Shown here: piece after piece, positions 1-11,400 of the stretch
Numbering within the stretch: position 1 is the first letter of the stretch
How the letters are laid out: each line of letters begins with the position of its first letter
Source of the DNA: a virus
Lineage: Duplodnaviria; Caudoviricetes
Reading direction: 5' to 3' (one strand)
Virus record (IMG/VR): IMGVR_UViG_3300017784_009384
Location: 1-38,633 of that record
Length of the DNA: 38,633 nt
Notes under the pieces: generated by a model
The model's database searches: none
What the model was told of the DNA's origin: nothing
What the model saw: the letters and a program-made list of their open reading frames with translations, nothing else
Position numbers and translations under genes: made by a program

Positions 1-2
1 CC

Positions 3-800
3 GGTGTTTCTTTTGGTCAATCTGCATATGCAGTAGAGTTTTACAACAACCAAATATATACTGCTGGGGCTTCTCTGAGCGGTACTATTTTTTATAATGA
101 TGGTACCAACTGGCAACAAGTAACACCCAACATGGCGGCTAATAGAATTCAAAATGCAAGATGTTTTAAGCTTTACAACGATCAACATGGCAATCTCATA
201 TATTGCGGTGCATTCTCTGGTTTTAATGGTGATTCGAAAAAAACTGGTGTAATGGGGTACAACGGCAGTACATTCTTTGCACTTGGCCCAGGATTATCAG
301 GTTCTACACCGTTTGCAAGCACTGTTGTTTTGTCTGGTGATAATTATATTGTTGGAGGCATATTTAACGACCGCATTTCATACTGTAACTTACCAACTAA
401 TTCCAATTTTATAAGATTTTACAACGGAACACCAGGTGATAATGGTTTTACTTCCAGTCAATTTGTTTCAACAATTGCTCTATCTGGCAGTACTCTTGTT
501 TTTGGTGGTCATTTTGATAATCTTAATTCTGTTGCAGTTGTTGTTGGTGCTGTTGATCATGCTGGTGACATTACAAATCTGGGCGGTTTAATCGATGACG
601 ATGTGTATAGTTTTAATGGTGTTCCAAGAATAATGCATGCAAATGTACCTGTTAACTACACACTTGATTCCACTATATCAGGCGATTTTACTACCATAGA
701 CTTACAGTCATTGCGTGACTCTCTAGATACAATTTCAGGTCTTTATGCATATGGCAGCTCACCTTATCAAGGCATTAGCGGCATTAACATAACCCCATAA
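3..800 (+). CDS. 5'-truncated virion structural protein with beta-propeller-like repeats
   Basis: The frame is open from position 3, upstream of the ATG at 132. Repeated blade-like motifs (IYTAG, IYCGAF, YIVGGIF, LVFGGHF); Gly/Ser/Thr-rich. Confidence 0.55.
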   Translation, partial: GVSFGQSAYAVEFYNNQIYTAGASLSGTIFYNDGTNWQQVTPNMAANRIQNARCFKLYNDQHGNLIYCGAFSGFNGDSKKTGVMGYNGSTFFALGPGLSGSTPFASTVVLSGDNYIVGGIFNDRISYCNLPTNSNFIRFYNGTPGDNGFTSSQFVSTIALSGSTLVFGGHFDNLNSVAVVVGAVDHAGDITNLGGLIDDDVYSFNGVPRIMHANVPVNYTLDSTISGDFTTIDLQSLRDSLDTISGLYAYGSSPYQGISGINITP

Positions 801-828
801 TAGCATTTTACACTTACCATAATAAAAT
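801..828 (+). promoter_or_regulatory. sigma70-like promoter (TAGCAT-N16-TAAAAT), 5 nt before GTG 834
   Basis: Same geometry as five other intergenic sites in the window; the -35 box is degenerate. Confidence 0.4.
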
Positions 829-833
829 AAATT

Positions 834-2090
834 GTGGATAGTATTTTCATACAAATTGCTGCATACCGTGATCCGCAACTAGTGCCAACGTTACGAGACT
901 GCATTAAGAATGCAAAGTTTTCAGACAGATTAAGATTTTGCATATGCTGGCAACATGATGATAGAGATAGCTTGGAGGAATTTGCTGATGATAAACGGTT
1001 CACTATTTTAGATGTGCCTTATCAAAAGAGCAAAGGTGTTTGTTGGGCAAGAAGCACTATTCAGAATTATTATCGAGACGAAAAATATACGCTTCAACTA
1101 GATAGCCATCACCGATTTACTGAAAACTGGGACGATACATTAATAAAAATGATCAAACAATTGCAAAAGAAAGGACACAAAAAACCTCTTCTAACTGGGT
1201 ACATTCCTAGTTTTGATCCCGACAATGATCCTGGCGCGCGTATTCATGTCCCATGGAAAATGAATTTTGATAGATTTATTCCTGAAGGAGCTGTATTTTT
1301 CCTACCCGCTTCAATTGATAATTACAAAGAATTAAAAGAACCTATCCCTGCTAGGTTTTATTCAGCACATTTCTGTTTTACATTAGGTCAATTTTGTAAA
1401 GAAGTACCACATGACCCTAATTATTATTTTCATGGAGAGGAAATTAGCATTGCAGTAAGGGCATTTACCCATGGGTACGATTTATTTCATCCACATAAAG
1501 CGATCATCTGGCATGAATATACCCGCAAGGGACGAACCAAGCATTGGGATGATGATAAAGATTGGGGCAAGCGCAATGAACAGTGTCATCTGCGTAATCG
1601 TAAACTGTTTGAAATGGATGGGGAGAAAAAAGATATTGATTTTGGACCGTACGGTTTTGGTGATAAAAGAACTCTCAAAGATTATGAAAAATACGCTGGC
1701 CTTAATTTTAAAAAGAGGGCTGTGCAACAGTATACAGTAGATAACAATCTAGCGCCAAACCCATACATATTTAAAAGTGAGAAAGAATGGGAAGCATCTT
1801 TCCTTCAAATTTTCAAGCATTGTATTGATGTGCGGTATGATCAAGTGCCTGAAAAAGATTATGATTTTTGGTGTGTAGCTTTTAAAGATAAAGAAGGTAA
1901 GGATGTATATCGCAAGGATGCAGATAAAGATGAAATCCAGCGCATGTTTAATGACCCGGACAAGTATTGCAAAGTTTGGCGAGAGTTTAATTGCGAGACT
2001 ATGCCTGCAAGTTGGCTGGTGTGGCCTCATAGCATAAGCAAGGGCTGGGCAGATCCAATTACAGGCAAGATAGGCGACAGGGCTAGCTAA
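834..2090 (+). CDS. GT60-family (GlcNAc/PF11397-like) polypeptide or hydroxyproline N-acetylglucosaminyltransferase with a C-terminal extra domain
   Basis: Motifs IFIQIAAYRDP, GVCWARS, LQLDSHHRF (DSH metal motif), FHGEEISIAVRAFTHGYDLFHP and IWHEY are typical of the Skp1-Hyp GlcNAc-transferase family. Confidence 0.85.
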   Translation: MDSIFIQIAAYRDPQLVPTLRDCIKNAKFSDRLRFCICWQHDDRDSLEEFADDKRFTILDVPYQKSKGVCWARSTIQNYYRDEKYTLQLDSHHRFTENWDDTLIKMIKQLQKKGHKKPLLTGYIPSFDPDNDPGARIHVPWKMNFDRFIPEGAVFFLPASIDNYKELKEPIPARFYSAHFCFTLGQFCKEVPHDPNYYFHGEEISIAVRAFTHGYDLFHPHKAIIWHEYTRKGRTKHWDDDKDWGKRNEQCHLRNRKLFEMDGEKKDIDFGPYGFGDKRTLKDYEKYAGLNFKKRAVQQYTVDNNLAPNPYIFKSEKEWEASFLQIFKHCIDVRYDQVPEKDYDFWCVAFKDKEGKDVYRKDADKDEIQRMFNDPDKYCKVWREFNCETMPASWLVWPHSISKGWADPITGKIGDRAS

Positions 2091-2093
2091 CAT

Positions 2094-2672
2094 ATGATAG
2101 CGGTACAAATCGGTGCCAATAGAGGCAATGATGAATTTACATCATTAATAAAAAACGAGCATGTTGATACTCTTGTTTTAGTTGAACCATTAAGCGTTCA
2201 CAATTCAAGCCTGAACGATTGTTACTCGAATATTCAAAATAAATTTATAGAAAATATTATTATTACAGATAAAGAAGATAGCGAGGAGGTTATTTATTTT
2301 CATAAGCTTGACGGGCTAGAATACGGTAATAATTATGAATTAGCAAGCCTTAATAAACAACATTCTTTAAATATAAGAAATTCTTACGAGGAAAAAGAGG
2401 TAATCGCGTTAAAGCTATCCAATTTGACAATCAATAATTTATTGGACAAATATAAACTACAAAATATTGATTTGCTATTTATAGATACTGAAGGGTATGA
2501 TAGCAAAATAATTATGAGTATAGATTTCACTAAATTTAATATTAAAGAAATTTACTATGAAAATCTTCATATTAACGCTTATGAATTAAGAACATTCTTA
2601 AAAGAGAAAAATTATTCTGTAAATGAAGGTGTTTTAACATATGGGTGGAATGATAGAGCGGTCAAATGCTAA
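2094..2672 (+). CDS. FkbM-family SAM methyltransferase
   Basis: VQIGANRG, LVEP, IDLLFIDTEGYD and IYYE motifs. Confidence 0.85.
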   Translation: MIAVQIGANRGNDEFTSLIKNEHVDTLVLVEPLSVHNSSLNDCYSNIQNKFIENIIITDKEDSEEVIYFHKLDGLEYGNNYELASLNKQHSLNIRNSYEEKEVIALKLSNLTINNLLDKYKLQNIDLLFIDTEGYDSKIIMSIDFTKFNIKEIYYENLHINAYELRTFLKEKNYSVNEGVLTYGWNDRAVKC

Positions 2673-3553
2673 CGCTAATAGATCACGGCAATTTTTATGA
2701 CTGGTCCTGCTGGGGCGGCACACACAGATATTATAAGAACGAAAAAAAATATTACTGTGATCGTGATTCAGGTATTTTTTCCAATCTTACCAATATGATG
2801 TTTTGTATTGCTTTTTTAGAATTGGATAATAAACCGGTAATTGAACTTGAAACAATATTTGGTGAGTATATTTCTTCTGAGAATATATACAGTAAAATTT
2901 TTATAAAAAATTCTGATTTGTTATTAGATTTAAATTTAATTCAAAATAAGGAAGCTTTTCTACAAGCACATCCTTCTTACTGGGGAATAGGACAAAATCT
3001 AAAAGAAGTAAATTTTAAATTTTATAATAATATTATAAGAAAATTTTTTATGCCTAGTGATGAAACGCTTGAAATAAAAAATAATTTATTAACAAACAAT
3101 AGTATAAATTTAGAAAAGAGTGTTTTTTTATGGTGCCGACTAACCGATAAGCGTAGAGAAACTGTAGTACCGCCAGTATCTAAGTATATAGAGATTATTG
3201 AAAAAAATTTCAAAGATTACGAAATTATAGTGCAGACAGATGATATTAGTGTTTTAAATGAAATTAAAACATATAATTATAATTTTAAATTTTTAAAAGA
3301 AATACCCATTGACAACTCTAACACTTTTGATGGCTGTTTCCACAGTAAAATGTGTAACGTTGATGAGGTAGATTTTTACAATAAATACAAAATGTCTAAG
3401 GTAGATTACATAAGGCATATGTATGCGGCAGCATTAATCGCTTCAGAAAGCAAATATTTCATATGTTACCCAGGTAATCCTGTAACTTATGTTCCAATGT
3501 TAAAAGGTGATACAGATAATACTTTTTTATTTAAAAATCAGGAGCTTTTCTAA
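2666..3553 (+). CDS. GT-B fucosyltransferase-like protein (NodZ/GT23-like)
   Basis: N-terminal SGIFSNL loop, CRLTDK (resembles HxRxTDK), VQTDD, and C-terminal IASESKYFIC. Confidence 0.6.
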   Translation: MLTLIDHGNFYDWSCWGGTHRYYKNEKKYYCDRDSGIFSNLTNMMFCIAFLELDNKPVIELETIFGEYISSENIYSKIFIKNSDLLLDLNLIQNKEAFLQAHPSYWGIGQNLKEVNFKFYNNIIRKFFMPSDETLEIKNNLLTNNSINLEKSVFLWCRLTDKRRETVVPPVSKYIEIIEKNFKDYEIIVQTDDISVLNEIKTYNYNFKFLKEIPIDNSNTFDGCFHSKMCNVDEVDFYNKYKMSKVDYIRHMYAAALIASESKYFICYPGNPVTYVPMLKGDTDNTFLFKNQELF

Positions 3554-4419
3554 TGGATATACTTGTACAGCATAATTTTAATACCGGTCTTGGTGATGGG
3601 TTATTTGCTATGACAGAATATCTCACAAACATTAAGACTTTAAAAGAATATGGGTTTAGCGCTAAATTGCATTTTAATCTAAGTAGAAATTTATATTTTA
3701 AAGAAAAAACACCTCTAGATTACTTGAATAATAACGAATTTAAACTTTTTGATACTATAAGTACCGAGCATTGTGGTATTAATGAAGATACAATTAAAGA
3801 CTATACATGTGTCTTTACACACGCAAATGCTAATCACGGTCAACACTACTGGGATTTGTTTGTGCATAATTCAGTTTTAGACAAATACCACTCATTCAAT
3901 TATAAAATTAAACAATTTAATATTAAAGAAATGCTGGCTGGTGTGTTGCCTGATTTTTACCCAAAACTTTCTGAACATATTCTCAGTAAATTTAATGAAT
4001 TCAAAGTTAAGAATAATTTAGATGATTATGATGCAATATATTTTAGAACGCAAGATTTGCAAGAAGAACTAGATTTTCTTGAAAAAAATAAACACAAATT
4101 AAAGGAAATACTTTTTGAAGATACTAGCAAAAAAATATTTTATTGCTCTAACAGTAAAGAATTTAAAAAATATATCAAAACACTATCGAGGCCCAACCTT
4201 TACAACTGGGAAATGCCTCTGGAAGAAGAATGGGGCGGAAATCATCTGTTGCATCAAACAATTGACCCTGAAAATCTCCATCAACGAACCATATATTCAT
4301 TATTAGACATGTGGACTCTATGCTCAGCTAAAAAAATAAATTTCTTCACAACATGGGGTAGGTATTCAAATTTTTTAATTTATGCACCAATTAACCACAG
4401 TACAGTTGTATGGTATTAG
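3553..4419 (+). CDS. GT-B fucosyltransferase-like protein
   Basis: TGLGD loop, AIYFRTQD, FYCSNS and LLDMWTLCSAKKI...YSNF correspond to the fucosyltransferase motif I-III layout. Confidence 0.6.
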   Translation: MDILVQHNFNTGLGDGLFAMTEYLTNIKTLKEYGFSAKLHFNLSRNLYFKEKTPLDYLNNNEFKLFDTISTEHCGINEDTIKDYTCVFTHANANHGQHYWDLFVHNSVLDKYHSFNYKIKQFNIKEMLAGVLPDFYPKLSEHILSKFNEFKVKNNLDDYDAIYFRTQDLQEELDFLEKNKHKLKEILFEDTSKKIFYCSNSKEFKKYIKTLSRPNLYNWEMPLEEEWGGNHLLHQTIDPENLHQRTIYSLLDMWTLCSAKKINFFTTWGRYSNFLIYAPINHSTVVWY

Positions 4420-5345
4420 AAATATCTTCCATTTGTGTAGCTGGTGATTGGTATGTTGGTGAAGTGTACAAGTACATCACTCAACGGTTCATTGAGAAGT
4501 ACCCAACCATAACATTCCATGTTACAGATAATAAATCATTTGCAGCAAAATACGATATCAATAATGACATCTACAAAAATTCCATAGCCAATATTTACAA
4601 CTTGCTAATATATAACCCCAAAAACAATAAACTATTTGTTAACAGTCTTAATGATTATGCCCCATATTGTTGTTTGATGGGTGGTGCAGGGGTAGAGAAG
4701 TTTGATTTGGTAGGATTTGGATGTGTTTCCAATCACACTCAACACGCTGTTGACAGTTTTAAATCATACAATCTGATACCATCTTTTTATATCGTAGAAA
4801 ATATGAGTGATTTTGAGCGCATACAAAAATATAAAAATAAACCTAGAAAGTTTAACAGCGCGTATTTTTTAGGTTTAATATATGGCAGAAGAAAAGAATA
4901 TTTCGATACATTTAAAGATAGTGATTTAGTAAAGATTTGTAACAAAGATGAATTCTGGAAGAATAGAGACGACTATTTTTGTGAGCTGTCTGATTATAAG
5001 ATGTCTTTTAGCATGGATGGTGCTGCATTAATTTGTCACCGTGATATTGAATCAATAGGTTTGGGTAATATTTTAGTTAGAGAGTATCTGGATGTGAGAA
5101 TGCATGATCCTTTATTACCCAATATACATTATATTGAAGCCGTTACAAAAAAAGAAAAAGAAACTATGCGAATACAAGACTGTAAAGAGTTAATAATAAA
5201 TAGAATAAACGATTTTATTAGTAATGAAAAATTAGTCACAGATTATTTAAATGAATGCAGCAGTTGGTTTCAACGCAATTGCATTCCTGAAAACCAATTT
5301 AAAATCGTTGAAGATATAACCAACAGTCTAGAACTCCTTCGTTGA
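4410..5345 (+). CDS. putative GT-B glycosyltransferase (exostosin/GT47- or GT90-like C-terminal domain)
   Basis: DYFCELSDYKMSFSMDG..ICHRDIESIGLG and PLLPNIHYI segments. Confidence 0.55.
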   Translation: MVLEISSICVAGDWYVGEVYKYITQRFIEKYPTITFHVTDNKSFAAKYDINNDIYKNSIANIYNLLIYNPKNNKLFVNSLNDYAPYCCLMGGAGVEKFDLVGFGCVSNHTQHAVDSFKSYNLIPSFYIVENMSDFERIQKYKNKPRKFNSAYFLGLIYGRRKEYFDTFKDSDLVKICNKDEFWKNRDDYFCELSDYKMSFSMDGAALICHRDIESIGLGNILVREYLDVRMHDPLLPNIHYIEAVTKKEKETMRIQDCKELIINRINDFISNEKLVTDYLNECSSWFQRNCIPENQFKIVEDITNSLELLR

Positions 5346-5368
5346 TATATAGAAAAAGCAAATAATAT
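5342..5368 (+). promoter_or_regulatory. sigma70-like promoter TTGATA-N15-TAATAT, 6 nt before ATG 5375
   Basis: Direct sequence; the -35 box overlaps the TGA stop of the upstream gene. Confidence 0.5.
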
Positions 5369-5374
5369 ATTATT

Positions 5375-6070
5375 ATGTCGTACGATCATATAAAGAAATG
5401 GGACGACATTTTTTGTGCACAACATGTTATAAATCTAGTTAACCACATTTCGAGTTTGCTCTTAAAAAATAATATCAACCAAATAAACTATCTGGATATT
5501 GGTGCAAACGTGGGTAAAGTCTACGATTTATTATCAGAAAGAATACCAATTAACAAAGCATATCTTGTTGAAGCCAGTCCCCTACTTTTTAACTATATCA
5601 AACAAAAATATACAAATAATTCAAAAGTACAATTGTTTAATTTTGCCGCTTATAACGAAGAAACAAAAATTCAATTTGATCAATCTTCAATGCTTCATCA
5701 ATTTGAAACAGATGGATCAAATTTAAATTTAGGTCTTTCTAAAATTCAACACACACCCCAATCTGTTAGTATTGATGCAAAGCGTGTCTCAACATTTTTA
5801 AATGAGCGTCAGCTTTTTAGTGAATTATCTTTTATAAAAATAGACACTGAAACAGTAGATTTCATGATACTTGAAGATTTGCTAAAAGTCATATCGTTAT
5901 TTGACGTTAAACCACTTATTGAATTTGAAAAAAATCATTTCATACAAGGCTTGAGCGATGAACAAGCTCAGCATATACTTGATAAATTTGTAAACTATGG
6001 TTATAAACCATTGAATTTAGGTCAATGTTACGGCGACGGGCTGTTAATACCGGAAGGGTTTGTAGAGTAA
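5375..6070 (+). CDS. FkbM-family SAM methyltransferase
   Basis: YLDIGANVG, LVEA, FIKIDTET and LIEFE motifs. Confidence 0.85.
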   Translation: MSYDHIKKWDDIFCAQHVINLVNHISSLLLKNNINQINYLDIGANVGKVYDLLSERIPINKAYLVEASPLLFNYIKQKYTNNSKVQLFNFAAYNEETKIQFDQSSMLHQFETDGSNLNLGLSKIQHTPQSVSIDAKRVSTFLNERQLFSELSFIKIDTETVDFMILEDLLKVISLFDVKPLIEFEKNHFIQGLSDEQAQHILDKFVNYGYKPLNLGQCYGDGLLIPEGFVE

Positions 6071-6071
6071 T

Positions 6072-7736
6072 ATGAATAATTTAACGTTAGTTACAGGTAT
6101 TTGGGATTTAAGGCGCGACCAAGCGGGTGAAGGTTTTAAGCGACCTTTTACTCATTATATTGTAAAGTTTACCGAACTCCTAAGGGCCGCTAAAGAATAC
6201 AATATGGTTGTTTATATTGAAGAAAAGTATAAAGATTTGGTATTGAGTATAAGAGATCCACAAAATACACAAATTCGTATAAAAGAAGTTGATGAGTTCA
6301 AAACAAGCTTTCCTTTTTACGATAAAATTACAGAAATAAGAAATAAAGACAGTTGGCTAAATCAAGCTGGTTGGTTACGCGAAAGCACGCAAGCAACTAT
6401 GGAACTTTATAACCCCATGGTTATGTCAAAGTTGTTCATGCTTCACGACGAAAAAATTAGAAATTCTTTTAATACAGATTATTTTTATTGGATTGATGGT
6501 GGGTTAACTAGCACTGTGCATCACGGTTATTTTTCAAAAGAAAAAATATTAGACAAAATACCAAAAATTACAGATAAATTTCTTTTTATAGCATTCCCTT
6601 ATGCAGAAGGAGATGAGATACATGGGTTTACTAGAACAAAAATGAATGAGTTGGCACAAACAAAGAATGTAGAGTATGTTTGCCGTGGAGGGTTTTTTGG
6701 TGGTCATAAGAATAATATATCGGACATTAACGGTATATATTACTCTCTTTTAAGCAGTACCCTTAATGACGGATACATGGGCACAGAAGAAAGCATCTTT
6801 ACCCTCATGACATATACTCACCCGCACTTGTTTGCAAAACATATGATAGATGGCAATGGCCTTGTTGGTAAATTTTTTGAAGATATTAAAAACACACCAT
6901 TTACTGAAAATAAAATTACACTAAATAATTATTCTGGTGTCAACTTATATGTTCTATCATTTAACTCACCAGAGCAGTTTGAGAGATTAATTGAAAGCTA
7001 TTTAAAGCAACCTGGGTTTGTGCGTGAAACAAAAAATATTTTAATAGATAATAGTACAGATCCCAACGTCAATGGTAGGTATGTAGAGCTTTGCGCAAAA
7101 TATAATTTTGAGCATATCAAAAAAGATAACATCGGTATTTGTGGTGGGAGACAATTTGTTGCTGAGCATTTCAATTCTACTGATGCCAAATATTATATGT
7201 TTCTTGAAGATGATATGAATTTATGTGATGAAAATTTTAAGTTTTGTAAAAATGGTTTTTCGAGATATATTGAAAATCTATATTACAAGATTCAAAAAAT
7301 TATGGATAAAGAAGAATATGATTTTCTTAAGCTCTCTTTTACTGAATTTTTTGGTGATAATATGACACAGTGGTCGTGGTATAACGTGCCACAGACTATA
7401 AGAGAACTATATTGGCCAGACAGCACTAAACTGCCTGTCGTGGGTCTAGACCCAAATGCTCCTAAAACAAGCTTTAAAAATATAGGTTGTGTAGATGGGT
7501 TAACTTATATTGATGGTGAAGTATATTATTGTAATTGGCCTCAGATTGTTTCTCGAGCTGGTAATAAGAGAATGTTCCTTAGCACTAAATGGGAACATCC
7601 TTTCGAACAAACATGGATGTCATATATGTATCAGTTGACTAAGAGAGATATGTTAAAAAGCGCGGTTTTGCTGGCGTCGCCTATAAATCATGAAAGATTT
7701 GCCTTTTATAAAAGCGAAGAGAGAAGAGAGAACTAA
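6072..7736 (+). CDS. HtrL/YibB (WlaTC)-family glycosyltransferase fused to a GT-A (GT2-like) domain
   Basis: N-half: TLVTGIWDLRR, YFYWIDGG, GGFFGG, GTEESIF. C-half: LIDNS, NIGICGGR, YMFLEDD. Confidence 0.75.
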   Translation: MNNLTLVTGIWDLRRDQAGEGFKRPFTHYIVKFTELLRAAKEYNMVVYIEEKYKDLVLSIRDPQNTQIRIKEVDEFKTSFPFYDKITEIRNKDSWLNQAGWLRESTQATMELYNPMVMSKLFMLHDEKIRNSFNTDYFYWIDGGLTSTVHHGYFSKEKILDKIPKITDKFLFIAFPYAEGDEIHGFTRTKMNELAQTKNVEYVCRGGFFGGHKNNISDINGIYYSLLSSTLNDGYMGTEESIFTLMTYTHPHLFAKHMIDGNGLVGKFFEDIKNTPFTENKITLNNYSGVNLYVLSFNSPEQFERLIESYLKQPGFVRETKNILIDNSTDPNVNGRYVELCAKYNFEHIKKDNIGICGGRQFVAEHFNSTDAKYYMFLEDDMNLCDENFKFCKNGFSRYIENLYYKIQKIMDKEEYDFLKLSFTEFFGDNMTQWSWYNVPQTIRELYWPDSTKLPVVGLDPNAPKTSFKNIGCVDGLTYIDGEVYYCNWPQIVSRAGNKRMFLSTKWEHPFEQTWMSYMYQLTKRDMLKSAVLLASPINHERFAFYKSEERREN

Positions 7737-7737
7737 T

Positions 7738-7743
7738 TAAATA
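7738..7743 (+). promoter_or_regulatory. T4-late-like promoter core TAAATA, 5 nt before GTG 7749
   Basis: Recurrent motif before structural genes; resembles T4 gp55-dependent TATAAATA. Confidence 0.6.
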
Positions 7744-7748
7744 ATAAT

Positions 7749-8438
7749 GTGAATACAGTTACGGTAAACATATCTTCCGTGCAAGACCCGGGTGATATTG
7801 TAATGTATAATCATTATTGGTTCTCTGATCCTCTTTCTGGCACAAATATTGCATACCCGGTTACTGCAAATGGTGATTTCTTTACATACAGTACCACACC
7901 TACAGTAACAGCAGATGATGGTGGTTTTTTTCCGTGGGGATATATTTTTGAAGATACATTTGAAACTATATATGCTGGCAAATATAAAGGCCTTACAACT
8001 TTAAATGTTAATGCATCTGGTTTATCAACAGCTTATTTTCCAATCTTGCGCATATATTATGACTTTGGCGATGGTGAAGTGTATAATAATTCCCGAAATG
8101 TATTAATTGATTATTCTAAGCTTGCTATTGACTCTTTTATTAATGGTTATGGTTATGGTGATCCCAAATTTGTAACAGTAGATCATACTTACCAACCAAG
8201 CGATACTACTTTCACTGTTACTTATACTGCGCATGTACAAGTGTTTAATGGTAGTTTGGTTGCCAACAACTTCTTCATTATAATAGACATAGTACAAGAT
8301 TCTATATTTGATTTTGATGACATAAATCTACTCGATACAAAGTTTATATCATTATCTGATAAAACCATAATAAACGTGCTGGAAGCCTCTAATCCTGAAT
8401 ATATTCTAAATAATCTTTTAAAATATAGCAATACTTAG
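7749..8438 (+). CDS. virion structural protein with PKD-like domain
   Basis: YYDFGDG...VDHTY...YTAHVQV PKD pattern; preceded by a late-type promoter. Confidence 0.55.
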   Translation: MNTVTVNISSVQDPGDIVMYNHYWFSDPLSGTNIAYPVTANGDFFTYSTTPTVTADDGGFFPWGYIFEDTFETIYAGKYKGLTTLNVNASGLSTAYFPILRIYYDFGDGEVYNNSRNVLIDYSKLAIDSFINGYGYGDPKFVTVDHTYQPSDTTFTVTYTAHVQVFNGSLVANNFFIIIDIVQDSIFDFDDINLLDTKFISLSDKTIINVLEASNPEYILNNLLKYSNT

Positions 8439-8454
8439 AAAGTATTAAAATTCA

Positions 8455-8460
8455 TAAATA
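8455..8460 (+). promoter_or_regulatory. late promoter core (CA)TAAATA, 6 nt before ATG 8467
   Basis: Direct sequence; recurrent motif. Confidence 0.6.
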
Positions 8461-8466
8461 TTTTAG

Positions 8467-11400
8467 ATGGAAATCAGACCTTTAAATAAAACAACATTCC
8501 CGTCATTAAGATTGCAGTACAATCTTGATTCAACGCTAAATGTAAATAGCGATAATTTTGAAAATGAACAGAATCTTGATGTTCTGCTCAATAATTTTTT
8601 AAGTGATGCGCGCGACACATCTTCCAATAAATATAGCAATTTTTATTTAACTAATAGAGTTAATTTAAGTCAAAATATTGAGTTTAAAGAATTAGCAAAC
8701 CCAGAAGTAGAAGTATTTACAACATGGTTGGCTTCTGACGCAGACAAACAATTAAATACAAAAACAGATTTTTGGACCATTGGAACTGATATTGAAGGTG
8801 CTACAACATTACAAGATGTTGCAGCTTCTGGTATTTTTATATCAATCGATAATACATATATTTTTGATATAGAGTTGTTAAATGAAAAGGTTTGTAGGGT
8901 GAGTCATACCTATAATAATTACACTAGATACCTCACAATAAACTATCTTAATGCGACAGGCAATAGTTTCTTTTGCTTAGATAATGGCCAAGATCCTTAT
9001 GATTTAAATTCCACACAAACGTTTTGTTATTTGTATGATAGAAGAAATGATTTTATTGTTCTCTTTAAACTAATAAATGACATTGCATACATTGTTTATA
9101 CATTAGAAACTACAAAAGATATTTCTCTTGCAAAACCATTAACATCTGACGATTTTGGTTTTACCAACGATCAAATTTATAGGTGCAGAACGCGTTTTGA
9201 ATCTGCAAACAAGCCAATAGTTAATAGCATATGGGCACAGTATGAGAAAGCATTTAAAGACAACAACTTAACAATTGACGACAGACCTGCACCGTTAAAT
9301 GTATTCTGCCCATCATACGCAAGTATTGATACTAACTTTCTTGTTAATACAGAATATTATAATCTTTCTAATAATACATTACCAATTAATATATTAACCC
9401 TTAAAAATACTAATACGCCAGAAAATTATCAATCCAAAAACAATCCTTTCGCAGTAAGAGAGCCTGAAATTCAGCAACGACAGTATAGAAAACTTTTTAC
9501 TGGTACAAATCAAATTGGTGGGTATGATAACGTTAAACTAAGTTACGAAACATTCACAAGTCAACGCAAATTTGAACCCGATAAATTAACATATTTTCAT
9601 GCACCGCAAGATTTATTTCCATATTTACAGCTCAACGTTAAAGATACTGGGTTAATTGAAAGTGGGTCTATTGCTGGTGATCATCCTTTAAAATCAGATA
9701 AAATTTTTAAAAAGAAAGCCGGTTATAAGTATACATCTCCTTTTGGTAATGCAAGTAATGAGCAAAACGGTTCATTTCTTTGCACTTGGCTATCCGGTGC
9801 TGATAACATAAGAATTAGGCCGGTTTGGTTGGATCGATATTATTTTCCTGACCAAACAACTTCCCTTGCTGCCATGACAGCTGCGGTTAATCCTTTTATT
9901 AATTATACTTCGGAAATACAGGGCATAAGAACTGAACTCCCGTTTTTAAAGCAAGTTGTAGTTGATATACCGAGCCGCTTAGCATTTGAACCTGGTGTAC
10001 AATATGCATACCATCATATTGGTAAAAATACAGTAAATCAACTAATAGAAACTCTCGATAATGCATTATTTCAAAAAAATTTACCCACTTACACAAATAC
10101 TACATACGATATTCTTACAGGCAATTTAATAGATCAAGAACAAGAAGAGTATATTTTTGATGGTAATCGCTATGGTCAAACAAGTCGTGTATCAAGTCCA
10201 GAAAACTTCAATCAATTCACAATAAACTTTTACATGTATGTAAATGATTGGCAGTCTAATTTTGGTAATCAAATTATTGGTAATTATGTGAATGATGGAT
10301 TCGGTGTATACAATACAAACTATGTAACACCTTTTATTACTTTGCTTTCACCTTCCGCAATTAACGTCTTCAATACAGATGGTATATTAGCAGATAGAAA
10401 GTTGTTTGATTCTAACATTACTAATATCTTTAAGTATGACCAATGTGAAGATTATTTTGCTGTAAAAGCAGATAACATTGTTATTAGAGTTAATACAGAT
10501 AATGTTTCGCTAAACAAGTATGCTTTTGGTAACATAGGCAACTCACGGTCCATATACACATTTAACGATAATTTAGCTTTTGTATTAACGGGCAGTCAAT
10601 CCGACGCTTTTTATTGCATTAATACTGATACAGGCGGGTTATCCGGTTACAACCGAACACCTTATCTCTATGACGCAGCAAATATAATTGATTTTACAAA
10701 TACAGGGTTTTTAAACATTCTTATGCACAAAAATCAAATTTACGTAATACAAGGGTATTCACCACAAATATTAAACAATGACATTTACTTTAGTTGGGGC
10801 AATTTCATATGGCAGTTTAATACAATAACTAAAGAGAGATACTCTGCATACAAATTCAACACACTTATTGACTTTAATGTCGATTTGGATGGCAATTTAT
10901 GGGCTTTGCATGATAGTAATAAAATATCAAAGCTGGATACATCATCGGATAAGAATGTGTTGTTTACTAAGACATTAAACCTTTCAGGTACTTTTTCAAA
11001 TATAGATTTGCTTTCCTACTTTCAAGGCAATATGTACAAAAAAGAAATGTTAGCTTATTCACGTTTAAGTGGTGCAGATCACAAATTAAGAATGGATAAA
11101 GTTGATTATGATGGCAATGTTGTCATGACAACATTGCTCCCTAGCTATCTTTCTGCTTCAGTTACAGATATCAACGGCATTACTTCAAAAACAGACACAA
11201 CGGGTGGCGATTACGCAAGATATTATGTAAGAGAACAATACCCTCAAAATAACCTATCTGCAAAAATTAGATTGAGAAATGTTTATGATTTCGGTAAGAC
11301 AAGAAAAATTGATCTGAAGTTTAATCTATCAGCCGTCGATATTGGTTACCACCATGTGAGTGTGAGAGCTGATACTTTTAAGGGTATCATGTCACTGTAT

